Assembly (NCBI GenBank): GCA_017444385.1
Contig: JAFSWQ010000013.1
Coordinates: 60,382-124,381 of the forward strand
Origin: Clostridia bacterium
Lineage (GTDB): Bacteria > Bacillota > Clostridia > Christensenellales > CAG-1252
Direction of reading: 5' to 3'
Length of the DNA stretch: 64,000 nt
Both the position numbers and the translations under genes were made by a program. The notes below the pieces were generated by a model. It did not search any database. It was not told the origin of the DNA and worked only from the letters and a program-made list of their open reading frames with translations. Positions 9,147-18,036 of this stretch are shown here, in pieces (the stretch's first letter is position 1; every line of letters begins with the position of its first letter).

Positions 9147-11165
9147 ATGAAAGTTTTTGATACAGAAAGTATTCGTAACGTGGCTTTGATAGGTCACGGC
9201 GGCGAAGGTAAGACTTCTCTTGCCGAAGCCATGATGTTTAACGGTAAAACCATCGACAGACTCGGTCGCGTAGACGACGGTACTGCTACGATGGACTTCG
9301 ACGCGGAAGAGGTCGCTCGTAAGATCTCCATCGGTTTGGGTTTGGGCTACACCGTTTGGAAAGATACCAAGATCAATATCCTCGACACTCCGGGTTCCTT
9401 CGATTTCGAAGGCGAAGTTGTCGCCGCTTTGCACGTAGCGGACGGCGCGGTCATCGTTACCAGCGCGAGCGGTAACCTTTCGGTCGGTACCGAGAAGGCG
9501 ATCGAAATGATCAACGAACGCAAAATGCCCGCTATCCTTTTCATCAACGGCGTCACCAAAGAAAACGCCAACTATCTTGAAACGGTTTCCGCTATCAGAG
9601 AGACCTACAAGAACGTTATCGCGGCTGAAATCCCCATCGTTGCCGGCAATCAAATGAACGGTTACGTCAGCGTATTGGACGGCAAGGCTTACGATATGAA
9701 CGGCGCTGAAATCGCTATCCCCGCCGCTTTCCAAAGCGCGTATGAAGAAGCGAGATTCGAACTCGTCGAAAAGGCTGCCGAAGCATCCGACGAATTGATG
9801 GAAAAATATTTCGAGACCGGCGATTTGTCCGAAGAAGACGTTCTCGCAGGCGCGAGAGTTTTGGTTGAGAACTGCGACCTTATCTTGGCGGTCGGCGGTA
9901 GCGCGACTCAAAACGTAGGCGTAAAAGAGCTTATGAACAAGATCGTTGATATCGTTCCCACGCCTAAGACGAAGGCGAGCGCTACCTGTTTGCAAGTTTT
10001 CAAATCCATCGTAGACCCTTACGTCGGCAAACTTTTGATGTTCAAAGTTATGGGCGGTACGTTGAACGCGGGCGACAACCTCGTAAACGTTTCCAACGAT
10101 AAGAGCGAAAGAGTCGCTTCCATCTATTGCATTAAGGGCAAGAAGCAAGAGGCGGTCGATAAATTCAACGCCGGCGATATCGGCGCAGTAGCGAAACTCG
10201 GTTACACCAAGACCGGCGACGTTCTTTGCGATCCTCAAAACAAGACCGAACTCGATCCCATTCCTTTCCCCGTTCCCGTTATCAGCCTCGCTATCAACGC
10301 GTTGAAGAAGGACGACGAAGAAAAGGTCATTTCCGCGGTATATAAAGTACTCGAAGAAGAAAGCACCGTTCGTATCGAAAAGAATGCCGAGACCAACGAG
10401 ACCTTATTGCAAGGTTTGGGCGAGACTCAACTCGATATCATCGTCAAGAAAGTTAAGAATAAATACGGTTTGGACGCTATTTTGAGAGAGCCCAGAGTTT
10501 CTTACAGAGAGACCATTCGTAAATCTTCCGAAGCGGTCGGCAGACATAAGAAACAAAACGGCGGTAGCGGTCAATTCGGTCAATGCTCCGTTCGTTTCGA
10601 GCCGGGCGCGGCTGACGGCGAATTCGAATTCGTCGACGCGGTCGTAGGCGGCGCGATACCTCGTCAATATATCCCTTCGGTTGAAAAAGGTCTTCGCGAA
10701 GCGGTCAAGACGGGCGTTTTGGCGGGATACCCCATGATCAACGTTAAAGCAACCGTATTCGACGGTAAGTACCATCCCGTAGACAGTAAGGAAATCGCTT
10801 TCATCTCCGCGGCTAAACTCGCGTACGACGAAGGTATCCCCGCTGCGGGTCCTTACTTCCTCGAACCCATTATGGACGTTAAGATCATCGTTCCTTCCAG
10901 TTACCTCGGTGACGTTATGGGCGATATCAGCAAACGTCGCGGCGGCATCAAGTTCACCGAAGAAGTCAACGGTAAGCAAATTATAACCGCTACCGTTCCT
11001 CAAGCGGAAATGTTGAAGTACGCCACCGACTTGCGTTCTATGACTCAAGGCAGAGGTAAGTTCACTATGACCTTCGCCGAGTATCAAGAAGTTCCCGCTT
11101 CCAATAACGATAAGATCATCGAAGACGCGAAGAAACGTCGCGCCGAACTCGAAGCGAGAAAGTAA
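9147..11165 (+). CDS. fusA: Elongation factor G paralog (EF-G2/FusA2 type)
   Basis: GHGGEGKT, DTPG, domain IV HKKQNGGSGQFG, DGKYHPVDS, YATDLRSMTQGRG; not in an str operon. Confidence 0.88.
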   Translation: MKVFDTESIRNVALIGHGGEGKTSLAEAMMFNGKTIDRLGRVDDGTATMDFDAEEVARKISIGLGLGYTVWKDTKINILDTPGSFDFEGEVVAALHVADGAVIVTSASGNLSVGTEKAIEMINERKMPAILFINGVTKENANYLETVSAIRETYKNVIAAEIPIVAGNQMNGYVSVLDGKAYDMNGAEIAIPAAFQSAYEEARFELVEKAAEASDELMEKYFETGDLSEEDVLAGARVLVENCDLILAVGGSATQNVGVKELMNKIVDIVPTPKTKASATCLQVFKSIVDPYVGKLLMFKVMGGTLNAGDNLVNVSNDKSERVASIYCIKGKKQEAVDKFNAGDIGAVAKLGYTKTGDVLCDPQNKTELDPIPFPVPVISLAINALKKDDEEKVISAVYKVLEEESTVRIEKNAETNETLLQGLGETQLDIIVKKVKNKYGLDAILREPRVSYRETIRKSSEAVGRHKKQNGGSGQFGQCSVRFEPGAADGEFEFVDAVVGGAIPRQYIPSVEKGLREAVKTGVLAGYPMINVKATVFDGKYHPVDSKEIAFISAAKLAYDEGIPAAGPYFLEPIMDVKIIVPSSYLGDVMGDISKRRGGIKFTEEVNGKQIITATVPQAEMLKYATDLRSMTQGRGKFTMTFAEYQEVPASNNDKIIEDAKKRRAELEARK

Positions 11166-11218
11166 TCGTTAAATAATTAAAGCATAAAACAGGCTACGAT
11201 TAATAGTAGTTACCCGAA

Positions 11219-11305
11219 TAGGGGATCCTTCGACTAAGCTCAGGATGACGTGCTTATTCAAAAATCGTCATATTGATCGAAGTGTAACGGAGTCGAAATA
11301 TCCCT
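11219..11305. repeat. CGTC-tagged REP-like pair
   Basis: Inverted A unit GGGGATCCTTCGACTAAGCTCAGGATGACG plus a B variant CGTCATATTGA...GTCGAAATATCCC. Confidence 0.8.
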
Positions 11306-11427
11306 CGTTGGATTAACGAACGTTTTTCGTAGCCTTTTTTGTTGCAACGCAAACGCGATAAACCGTTACGCAAACGCGTAACGGTTATACGGAAACGCTA
11401 ACGCGAATTTTTATAACGCTTTTTTAT

Positions 11428-11457
11428 TTGACATATTAAATATAATTGTAGTAAACT
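11428..11457 (+). promoter_or_regulatory. Sigma-A promoter of the dap operon
   Basis: TTGACA-18-TAAACT just upstream of the riboswitch. Confidence 0.55.
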
Positions 11458-11479
11458 AAAAATACAAATAAATAATATA

Positions 11480-11640
11480 TTAAGATTAGAGGCGCGATTG
11501 GCAAAGAGTATCCGAGACGAGAAGTCTGCAAAAGACGTTTCGGGGAAAGGTGTCGTCGCCGAAAGGGCTGTTGCAAGCAGTTACTTGGTTTTGCGGAATA
11601 ATATCCGTAAGACTGTCGCGTATGCGGAGTGCTATCTTAA
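11480..11640 (+). ncRNA. Lysine riboswitch (L-box)
   Basis: AGAGGCGCG...AGTA...GGGAAAGG...GCCGAA...ACTGTC...GAGTGCTA hallmarks with a TTAAGAT/ATCTTAA P1; directly upstream of dapA. Confidence 0.92.
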
Positions 11641-11663
11641 AACGATCTATCGTTTACGATATT

Positions 11664-11690
11664 GCCGAGCCTCAGCGCGCTCGGCTTTTT
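11664..11690 (+). terminator. Riboswitch expression-platform terminator
   Basis: GCCGAGC-loop-GCTCGGC-TTTTT before the dapA SD. Confidence 0.8.
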
Positions 11691-11707
11691 AATGAAAAGG
11701 AGATTAT

Positions 11708-12601
11708 ATGAAAAAGACTATTTTCAGCGGAGTTGCTACGGCGCTTATTACGCCGATGAATGAAAAAGGTATAGACTACGACAAGTTCGGAACGCTTATC
11801 GATTGGCAAATAGAAGAGGGCATTAACGCTTTGGTCATTTGCGGTACGACGGGCGAAAGTTCCACTTTGGGCGATGACGAACACAGGGACGCCATCACTT
11901 TCGCGGTAAAGCGCGCCGCCGGTAGAGTGCCTATCATCGCGGGTACGGGTAGTAACGATACCGCGTATGCGTTGGATCTTACCAAGTGCGCTTGCGATTC
12001 GGGCGCCGACGCGGCGTTGGTCGTGACGCCTTATTACAACAAAGCGACTCAAAAGGGCTTGATACAAATGTACACTCAAATCGCGGACAAGAGCAGTATA
12101 CCCCTTATTTTGTATAACGTTCCCTCTCGTACGGGCGTGAATATCGAGCCTTCCACTTACGCGGCTTTGGCGGATCACCCCAATATCGCGGCTATCAAAG
12201 AGGCTAACGGCAATATCAGCAAAATAGTGGAAACCATGTCTTTGGTAAACGGAAAACTCGATCTCTATTCGGGCAACGACGATCAAATCGTTCCCTTGAT
12301 GTCTTTGGGCGCGAAGGGCGTTATCAGCGTTTTATCCAACGTCGCACCTCGTCAAACCTTGGAAATCTGTAATAAATTCTTTGCTGGCGATATAAAGGGC
12401 AGCGCGGAATGTCAATTTAGGTTGCATCCTCTCATCGACGCCTTGTTCAGCGAGGTGAACCCCATTCCCGTAAAGGCGGCTATGCACGCTATGGGATTTT
12501 GCGACAGTTTCATTCGTCTGCCTCTTACCGATATGGACGAAACTAAAAAGGCGAAAATGCTCGATTTGATGAGAAAAGAAGGCATCGCTTTGAAGGTGTG
12601 A
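11708..12601 (+). CDS. dapA: 4-hydroxy-tetrahydrodipicolinate synthase
   Basis: GTTGES, VTPYYNK, LYNVPSRTG, IKEA, EVNPIPVK. Confidence 0.96.
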   Translation: MKKTIFSGVATALITPMNEKGIDYDKFGTLIDWQIEEGINALVICGTTGESSTLGDDEHRDAITFAVKRAAGRVPIIAGTGSNDTAYALDLTKCACDSGADAALVVTPYYNKATQKGLIQMYTQIADKSSIPLILYNVPSRTGVNIEPSTYAALADHPNIAAIKEANGNISKIVETMSLVNGKLDLYSGNDDQIVPLMSLGAKGVISVLSNVAPRQTLEICNKFFAGDIKGSAECQFRLHPLIDALFSEVNPIPVKAAMHAMGFCDSFIRLPLTDMDETKKAKMLDLMRKEGIALKV

Positions 12602-12602
12602 T

Positions 12603-13337
12603 ATGAAAGTATTGATAAACGGCGCCGCGGGCAGAATGGGTAAAGAGGTCGTGAAACTCTGCGAAGAGGGTTTCGCTTCGTCTTCCGTCGCCGCGAAGAT
12701 AGATAAGATAGGCGGAGAATACCTCTCTCTCGACGCTTTTTCGGGGGAAGCCGACGTAATCGTGGATTTCAGTCATCATACTTGTGCGTCAGAGGTTTGC
12801 GACTACGCCGTAAAACGTAATATCCCCGTAGTCATAGCGACGACCGGGCATACCGAAGAAGAAAAGGCGATAATAAAATCCGCCGCCGAAAAAACGGCTA
12901 TATTCTATTCGGGCAATATGAGCGTAGGCATCGCGGTTTTGAGAAAACTCGTCAAGGCTGCGGTCGCAGCGTTCCCTTCGGCTAACGTGGAAATTGTGGA
13001 AACCCACCATAACCGCAAGCTCGACGCGCCCTCGGGCACGGCTCTTATGCTTGCCGACTCGGTAAAGGCTGTAAGACCCGACGCTTACGAAGTTTACGGT
13101 AGAGAGGGACAGTCTAAACGCGATCCCAATGAAATAGGAATGCACTCACTGCGTTACGGCAATATCGTAGGTATTCACGAAGTGTTTATAAGCACCGACG
13201 CCGAGACCATAACCCTTAAACACGAAGCTCATTCGAGAGCGGTTTTTGCGGAAGGCGCGCTCGTCGCCGCCGGTTACATGGTGGGTAAAAAGAGCGGTCT
13301 TTACGCTATGGAAGATCTTTTGAGGGATAAAGAATGA
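12603..13337 (+). CDS. dapB: 4-hydroxy-tetrahydrodipicolinate reductase
   Basis: GAAGRMG, ETHHNRKLDAPSGTA. Confidence 0.96.
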   Translation: MKVLINGAAGRMGKEVVKLCEEGFASSSVAAKIDKIGGEYLSLDAFSGEADVIVDFSHHTCASEVCDYAVKRNIPVVIATTGHTEEEKAIIKSAAEKTAIFYSGNMSVGIAVLRKLVKAAVAAFPSANVEIVETHHNRKLDAPSGTALMLADSVKAVRPDAYEVYGREGQSKRDPNEIGMHSLRYGNIVGIHEVFISTDAETITLKHEAHSRAVFAEGALVAAGYMVGKKSGLYAMEDLLRDKE

Positions 13338-14188
13338 AAGTAAGTTTTACCAAAATGCAAGGCGCGGCTAACGACTATATTTACGTCGATTGCTTTAAGG
13401 AAACGATCGACGATCCGTCCTCTCTCGCCGTCGCTATGTCCCCTCGTCACTTCTCGGTCGGCGCGGACGGGTTGGTTTTGATAATGCCTTCCTCGGTCGC
13501 GGACGCAAGAATGAGAATGTTCAACGCCGACGGTAGCGAGGGAAAAATGTGCGGTAACGCCATTCGTTGCGTAGGCAAATACGTTTACGACGCGGGCTAC
13601 GCGAAAAAAGAGGTCGTCACCGTAGAGACTTTGAGCGGTATAAAGACCTTGAAAATGAAAGTGGAAGACGGCGTTGCCGTCGGAGCTACCGTGGATATGG
13701 GTATCGTCACCACCGATCCGAAAGTCATTCCCATATCAAGCGAAGAGCCGTACGTCGATAAATCCCTCGTAATAGACGGCAAGGATTACAAAGTGACCTG
13801 CGTTTCGGTCGGTAATCCGCACGTTGTCGTTTACGTCGATAACGTTGACGATTTTGACGTTTTTGGCGTGGGAAGTAAGTTTGAGAAGGACGCGTTTTTC
13901 CCCGAAAGCGTTAATACCGAATTCGTCGAAGTCGTCGACTCAACCCATCTTAAAATGAGAGTATGGGAAAGGGGAAGCGGCGAGACCTACGCTTGCGGTA
14001 CGGGCGCTTCGGCTACCGTCGCGGCGAGTTGTTTGAACGGTTTGTGCCCTTACGACGTTCCCGTAGAGGTGAAACTTTTAGGCGGCAACCTTTATATAGA
14101 AGTTAAAAAAGATCTCCGCGTCTTTATGACGGGCGCGGCTAAAAAAGTTTACGACGGAGTATACGAATATGAAGATCAAGGTAAATGA
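13334..14188 (+). CDS. dapF: Diaminopimelate epimerase
   Basis: NADGSEGKMCGNAIRC, GNPH, ERGSGETYACGTG. Confidence 0.96.
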   Translation: MKVSFTKMQGAANDYIYVDCFKETIDDPSSLAVAMSPRHFSVGADGLVLIMPSSVADARMRMFNADGSEGKMCGNAIRCVGKYVYDAGYAKKEVVTVETLSGIKTLKMKVEDGVAVGATVDMGIVTTDPKVIPISSEEPYVDKSLVIDGKDYKVTCVSVGNPHVVVYVDNVDDFDVFGVGSKFEKDAFFPESVNTEFVEVVDSTHLKMRVWERGSGETYACGTGASATVAASCLNGLCPYDVPVEVKLLGGNLYIEVKKDLRVFMTGAAKKVYDGVYEYEDQGK

Positions 14189-15350
14189 AAATTTCGGTAA
14201 TCTTAAACCCAATTATTTGTTCAGCGAGACCGCTCAAAAGGCGAGAAAATATCGCGCCGAGCATCCCGATCAAAAGGTTATCAGTTTAGGGATAGGCGAC
14301 GTAACTCAACCTCTCGCTCCCGTAGTTATCGAGGCGATGCAAAAGGCGGTATTAGAGATGGGCGTCAAAGAAACTTTCCGCGGTTACGCGCCCGAATACG
14401 GCTACGATTTTATTCGCGAAGCGATAGCGGGTTACTACGTTAATAAATTGAATATTGCGGTCAAAGCGAACGAGGTGTTCGTCGGCGACGGCGCGAAAAG
14501 CGACCTCGGCAATATCGTGGATATCTTGGGCGATAATAGAATATTGATACCCGATCCCGTTTATCCCGTTTATATGGACAGTAACATTATGAGCGGTAGA
14601 AGCGTTACGTTGCTTCCGGCGACCGCGGAAAACAACTTCCTGCCCACACCGCCCGACGACGATATCCCTTCCGTCGTGTATCTTTGTTCCCCAAACAATC
14701 CCACGGGCGCGGTCTACGACTACGATAAACTCAAAAAGTGGGTTGATTACGCTAAAAAGACGGGTTCTTTGATAATATTCGATTCGGCATACGAAAGCTA
14801 CATAAGAGAGGATCTTCCTCATAGTATATTCGCAATAGAGGGCGCGCGAGATTGCGCTATCGAGATAAACAGCCTTTCCAAAATGGCGGGTTTTACGGGT
14901 ACTCGTATGGGTTACACCGTCATTCCCGAAACCCTTACTTCGGGCGAGTTCAATTTGAACAAAATGTGGGCGCGCCGTCAGGCTACCAAATTCAACGGAG
15001 TGCCTTACGTCGTTCAAAGAGCGGGCGAAGCGGTGTTTACCGAAAGAGGACTTAAAGAATGTAAGGATCTCGTCGACTACTACCTTGAAAACGCCAAACT
15101 CATCGCCGAACTTCTCGAAAAGAAAGGCGTATGGTTCACGGGCGGCGTGAATTCCCCCTATATTTGGCTGAAATGCCCCGACGGCTTCGATTCTTGGTCG
15201 TTCTTCGACTACCTTTTGGAAAAGGCGCAGATAATAGGCACCCCCGGCGTAGGCTTCGGCGCGAACGGGGAAGGATATTTCCGTTTGACCTCTTTCGGCA
15301 GTAGAGAAAACACTTTGGAAGCGGTCGCAAGGCTCGACAAACTATTGTAA
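14169..15350 (+). CDS. dapL: LL-diaminopimelate aminotransferase
   Basis: YLF, LGIGDVT, DGAKSD, CSPNNPTG, SKMAGFTGTR. Confidence 0.95.
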   Translation: MKIKVNENFGNLKPNYLFSETAQKARKYRAEHPDQKVISLGIGDVTQPLAPVVIEAMQKAVLEMGVKETFRGYAPEYGYDFIREAIAGYYVNKLNIAVKANEVFVGDGAKSDLGNIVDILGDNRILIPDPVYPVYMDSNIMSGRSVTLLPATAENNFLPTPPDDDIPSVVYLCSPNNPTGAVYDYDKLKKWVDYAKKTGSLIIFDSAYESYIREDLPHSIFAIEGARDCAIEINSLSKMAGFTGTRMGYTVIPETLTSGEFNLNKMWARRQATKFNGVPYVVQRAGEAVFTERGLKECKDLVDYYLENAKLIAELLEKKGVWFTGGVNSPYIWLKCPDGFDSWSFFDYLLEKAQIIGTPGVGFGANGEGYFRLTSFGSRENTLEAVARLDKLL

Positions 15351-15492
15351 GATTTGACTATCGAAAAAGCGATTCGGTCGATCGTCGTTAAAAGCGGCGA
15401 AAAACCTTCGAGTGGTTTATAGGTATTTATAATAACAATAAATGTACGTTAGATAATAAAAGTCGGGGTATATCCCCGAAAAAGAGGTAATT

Positions 15493-16788
15493 ATGTTACA
15501 CGACAATTTATCGGTCAACGAATCGGGTAATCTCGCGTTTTGCGGTAAAGATACCGTTGAACTCGCAAAGAAATACGGCACCCCCTTAATGCTTCTCGAC
15601 GAAGAGGGCATTCGCTTTCAAATAAGACGGTATCTTCGCGCAATGAAGAGCAGTTTCGGAGAAGGTTCTTTCCCTTTATACGCGGGCAAAGCTCTTTGTA
15701 TAAAAGAGATATACCGCATTGCGAAAGAGGAAGGTATAGGCGTAGACCTCGTTTCTTCGGGCGAAATATATACCGCGCTTTCGGTGGGATTCCCTCTCTC
15801 TAAGGCGTTTTTCCACGGCAATAACAAGACGGACGCGGATATCAAATACGCGATGGATAACGGGATAGGGTATTTCGTCACCGATAACTTCGAGGAACTC
15901 AACGCGGTAAACGAATACGCTAAAGAGAAGGGCGTTATCCAAAAGATAGTATTAAGACTTACGCCCGGTATAGATCCCCACACCCACGCGGCTATCTCTA
16001 CGGGCAAAGTGGACAGTAAATTCGGCGTCGCTATCGAAACGGGACAAGCCGATAAGATAGTCGAATACGCTTTCGGTCTATCAAACGTTGCGCTCGTCGG
16101 CTTCCATTGCCATATCGGTTCGCAAATATTCGATATCAAGCCCTTTACCGACGCGGCGGATATCATGATAAAGTACATCGGCAAAGTCAAGGAAACGCTC
16201 GGTCGAGATATCGAGATATTGAATTTAGGGGGCGGCTTCGGCGTTCGCTACGTCGAGAGCGATCCCGTCATCGATTACGAAGACAATATCTTCCGCATTT
16301 CCGAACATATCAAGGACTATTGCGGAAAACACGATATAAAAATGCCTATAATAGTTATGGAACCCGGTAGAAGTATAGTCGCCGCCAACGGAATGACTTT
16401 GTACACGGCGGGCAGCGTGAAAGAGATCACGGGCTATAAAAACTATTTGGCTATTGACGGCGGTATGGGCGATAATCCCCGTTACGCGCTGTATAAATCG
16501 AGCTACACCGTCCTTAACGCGGGTAAAATGAACCTTCCCGCTGATTATAAATGCGTAATTGCCGGTAGATGTTGCGAAAGCGGCGATCTCATTCAAGAAG
16601 ACGTCGTAATCCCCAAACCTCAAAGAAACGACACCATCGCGGTATTGGTAACGGGCGCGTATAACTATTCTATGGCTTCCAATTATAATCGCCTGCCCCG
16701 TCCCGCTATCGTCGCGATAGACGGGCAAGAAGAGAAGATCGTAGTAAAACGCGAAACTTTCGAAGACCTCGTCCGCAACGACGTTTGA
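15493..16788 (+). CDS. lysA: Diaminopimelate decarboxylase
   Basis: YAGKA, HCHIGSQI, LGGGFG, EPGRS, CCESGD, GAYNYSMASNYN. Confidence 0.96.
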   Translation: MLHDNLSVNESGNLAFCGKDTVELAKKYGTPLMLLDEEGIRFQIRRYLRAMKSSFGEGSFPLYAGKALCIKEIYRIAKEEGIGVDLVSSGEIYTALSVGFPLSKAFFHGNNKTDADIKYAMDNGIGYFVTDNFEELNAVNEYAKEKGVIQKIVLRLTPGIDPHTHAAISTGKVDSKFGVAIETGQADKIVEYAFGLSNVALVGFHCHIGSQIFDIKPFTDAADIMIKYIGKVKETLGRDIEILNLGGGFGVRYVESDPVIDYEDNIFRISEHIKDYCGKHDIKMPIIVMEPGRSIVAANGMTLYTAGSVKEITGYKNYLAIDGGMGDNPRYALYKSSYTVLNAGKMNLPADYKCVIAGRCCESGDLIQEDVVIPKPQRNDTIAVLVTGAYNYSMASNYNRLPRPAIVAIDGQEEKIVVKRETFEDLVRNDV

Positions 16789-16829
16789 TAATAAGAGTTT
16801 TTTGAAAAACGATAATAAAAAGCATTATG

Positions 16830-16863
16830 AAAAACGCTTCCGCGATCACGGAAGCGTCCTTTT
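16830..16863. terminator. Bidirectional terminator between lysA and the lipoprotein gene
   Basis: AAAAACGCTTCCG-loop-CGGAAGCGTCCTTTT. Confidence 0.7.
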
Positions 16864-16883
16864 TATTTATAATAGTGATTTAT

Positions 16884-17717
16884 TTATTCTAGATTAATTC
16901 CTTTCAAAACGTAGGTGTAATCGCCTTCGATTATTTCGACGGGAAGTTTAATAAGGCTCTTGCCTTCGAACTTGTAAGCGTCGTTTGCAAAGCTCATATA
17001 AGTAAACGTACCGTCGCCGTACTTGGCGGGTACCGCTATGCGGAAAGTAGAGCATTTGAACTCTATTTGCTTGCTTTTGTCGTCCAATAACTTGCTCTTC
17101 TTATCGGCTTCCGCGCTTATCTTTGCGACGGATATAGTGCGTACTTCGGCGGTGTCGTTGGAAACGACGCTCATACTCAAAGAATAGTTATTCTTTTCGG
17201 GACTGAATACCGAAGCGCGAATGACGGTGTAAAGGCTGTCGTTATCGAAAGTCGAAGCGCTTTTCTTGAAAGTATGTTCTTTGCCGTTTATGAGTATCGA
17301 TCCTTTCTTGCTTCTGTAATCGGTGGTTACTTCGTAATCAAGAGCGTCGTTGCTGCTATCGTACTTTTTGTAAGAAGCGATGGGCGTCAAGGTGCTTGAA
17401 AGAATTACCTTCGAATAAATGGTGCTGCCCGCGTATTCGCCGCCGGTGATATTGAGGGAATACTCGCAATATCCGCCCGAAGATATTTCGTACTCGCCTG
17501 CGGGCGTGCTTTCCTTGCCGTTCAAGACGCGTTTGAAAGTATAGGTCATTTCGCCTATGACTTGTTCATTGTAAACTACGTCGTAGGTATAACTTTCCTT
17601 ATCGAGCCAGCCGATGGAAAGCATATTCAGTTGGTTGACGTTACTGCACGCCGCGAATACGCCCGCGGTGGATACGAGTAATACCAACGTAATCATAACG
17701 AGAATTATCTTTTTCAT
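16884..17717 (-). CDS. Lipoprotein of unknown function
   Basis: MKKIILV...VFAAC lipobox; AGAGG SD before ATG 17717. Confidence 0.8.
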   Translation of the reverse strand: MKKIILVMITLVLLVSTAGVFAACSNVNQLNMLSIGWLDKESYTYDVVYNEQVIGEMTYTFKRVLNGKESTPAGEYEISSGGYCEYSLNITGGEYAGSTIYSKVILSSTLTPIASYKKYDSSNDALDYEVTTDYRSKKGSILINGKEHTFKKSASTFDNDSLYTVIRASVFSPEKNNYSLSMSVVSNDTAEVRTISVAKISAEADKKSKLLDDKSKQIEFKCSTFRIAVPAKYGDGTFTYMSFANDAYKFEGKSLIKLPVEIIEGDYTYVLKGINLE

Positions 17718-18036
17718 AGTTACCTCTTTAATATTAGCTTTCGCCGCTATTATTGTACCATATTTACGCAAAAACACAAACAAGATTTTATATTGAATTA
17801 TAAAAAATATTATTTTTTAGTTTCAAACGCGAAAAATCCCCGATATTTTTTGAAAAACGACCTATATATAAAACGCGAAAATCGAGCGACCTATAAAAAA
17901 TAATTTGAAAAACGGATAATAAACATATTTGTCCAAAAAATACACCATTTGACGGTTGTTTTTCGATTTTTGGCGATTTATAATAAAAAGAGAAGAATAA
18001 ATGTGTTATAATGAATAAAAAAACGAAGGAAGGATT

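Noticed and set aside
17915-17935. Possible LexA box upstream of addB
   Set aside because: AAACATATTTGT has too many mismatches to GAAC-N4-GTTC
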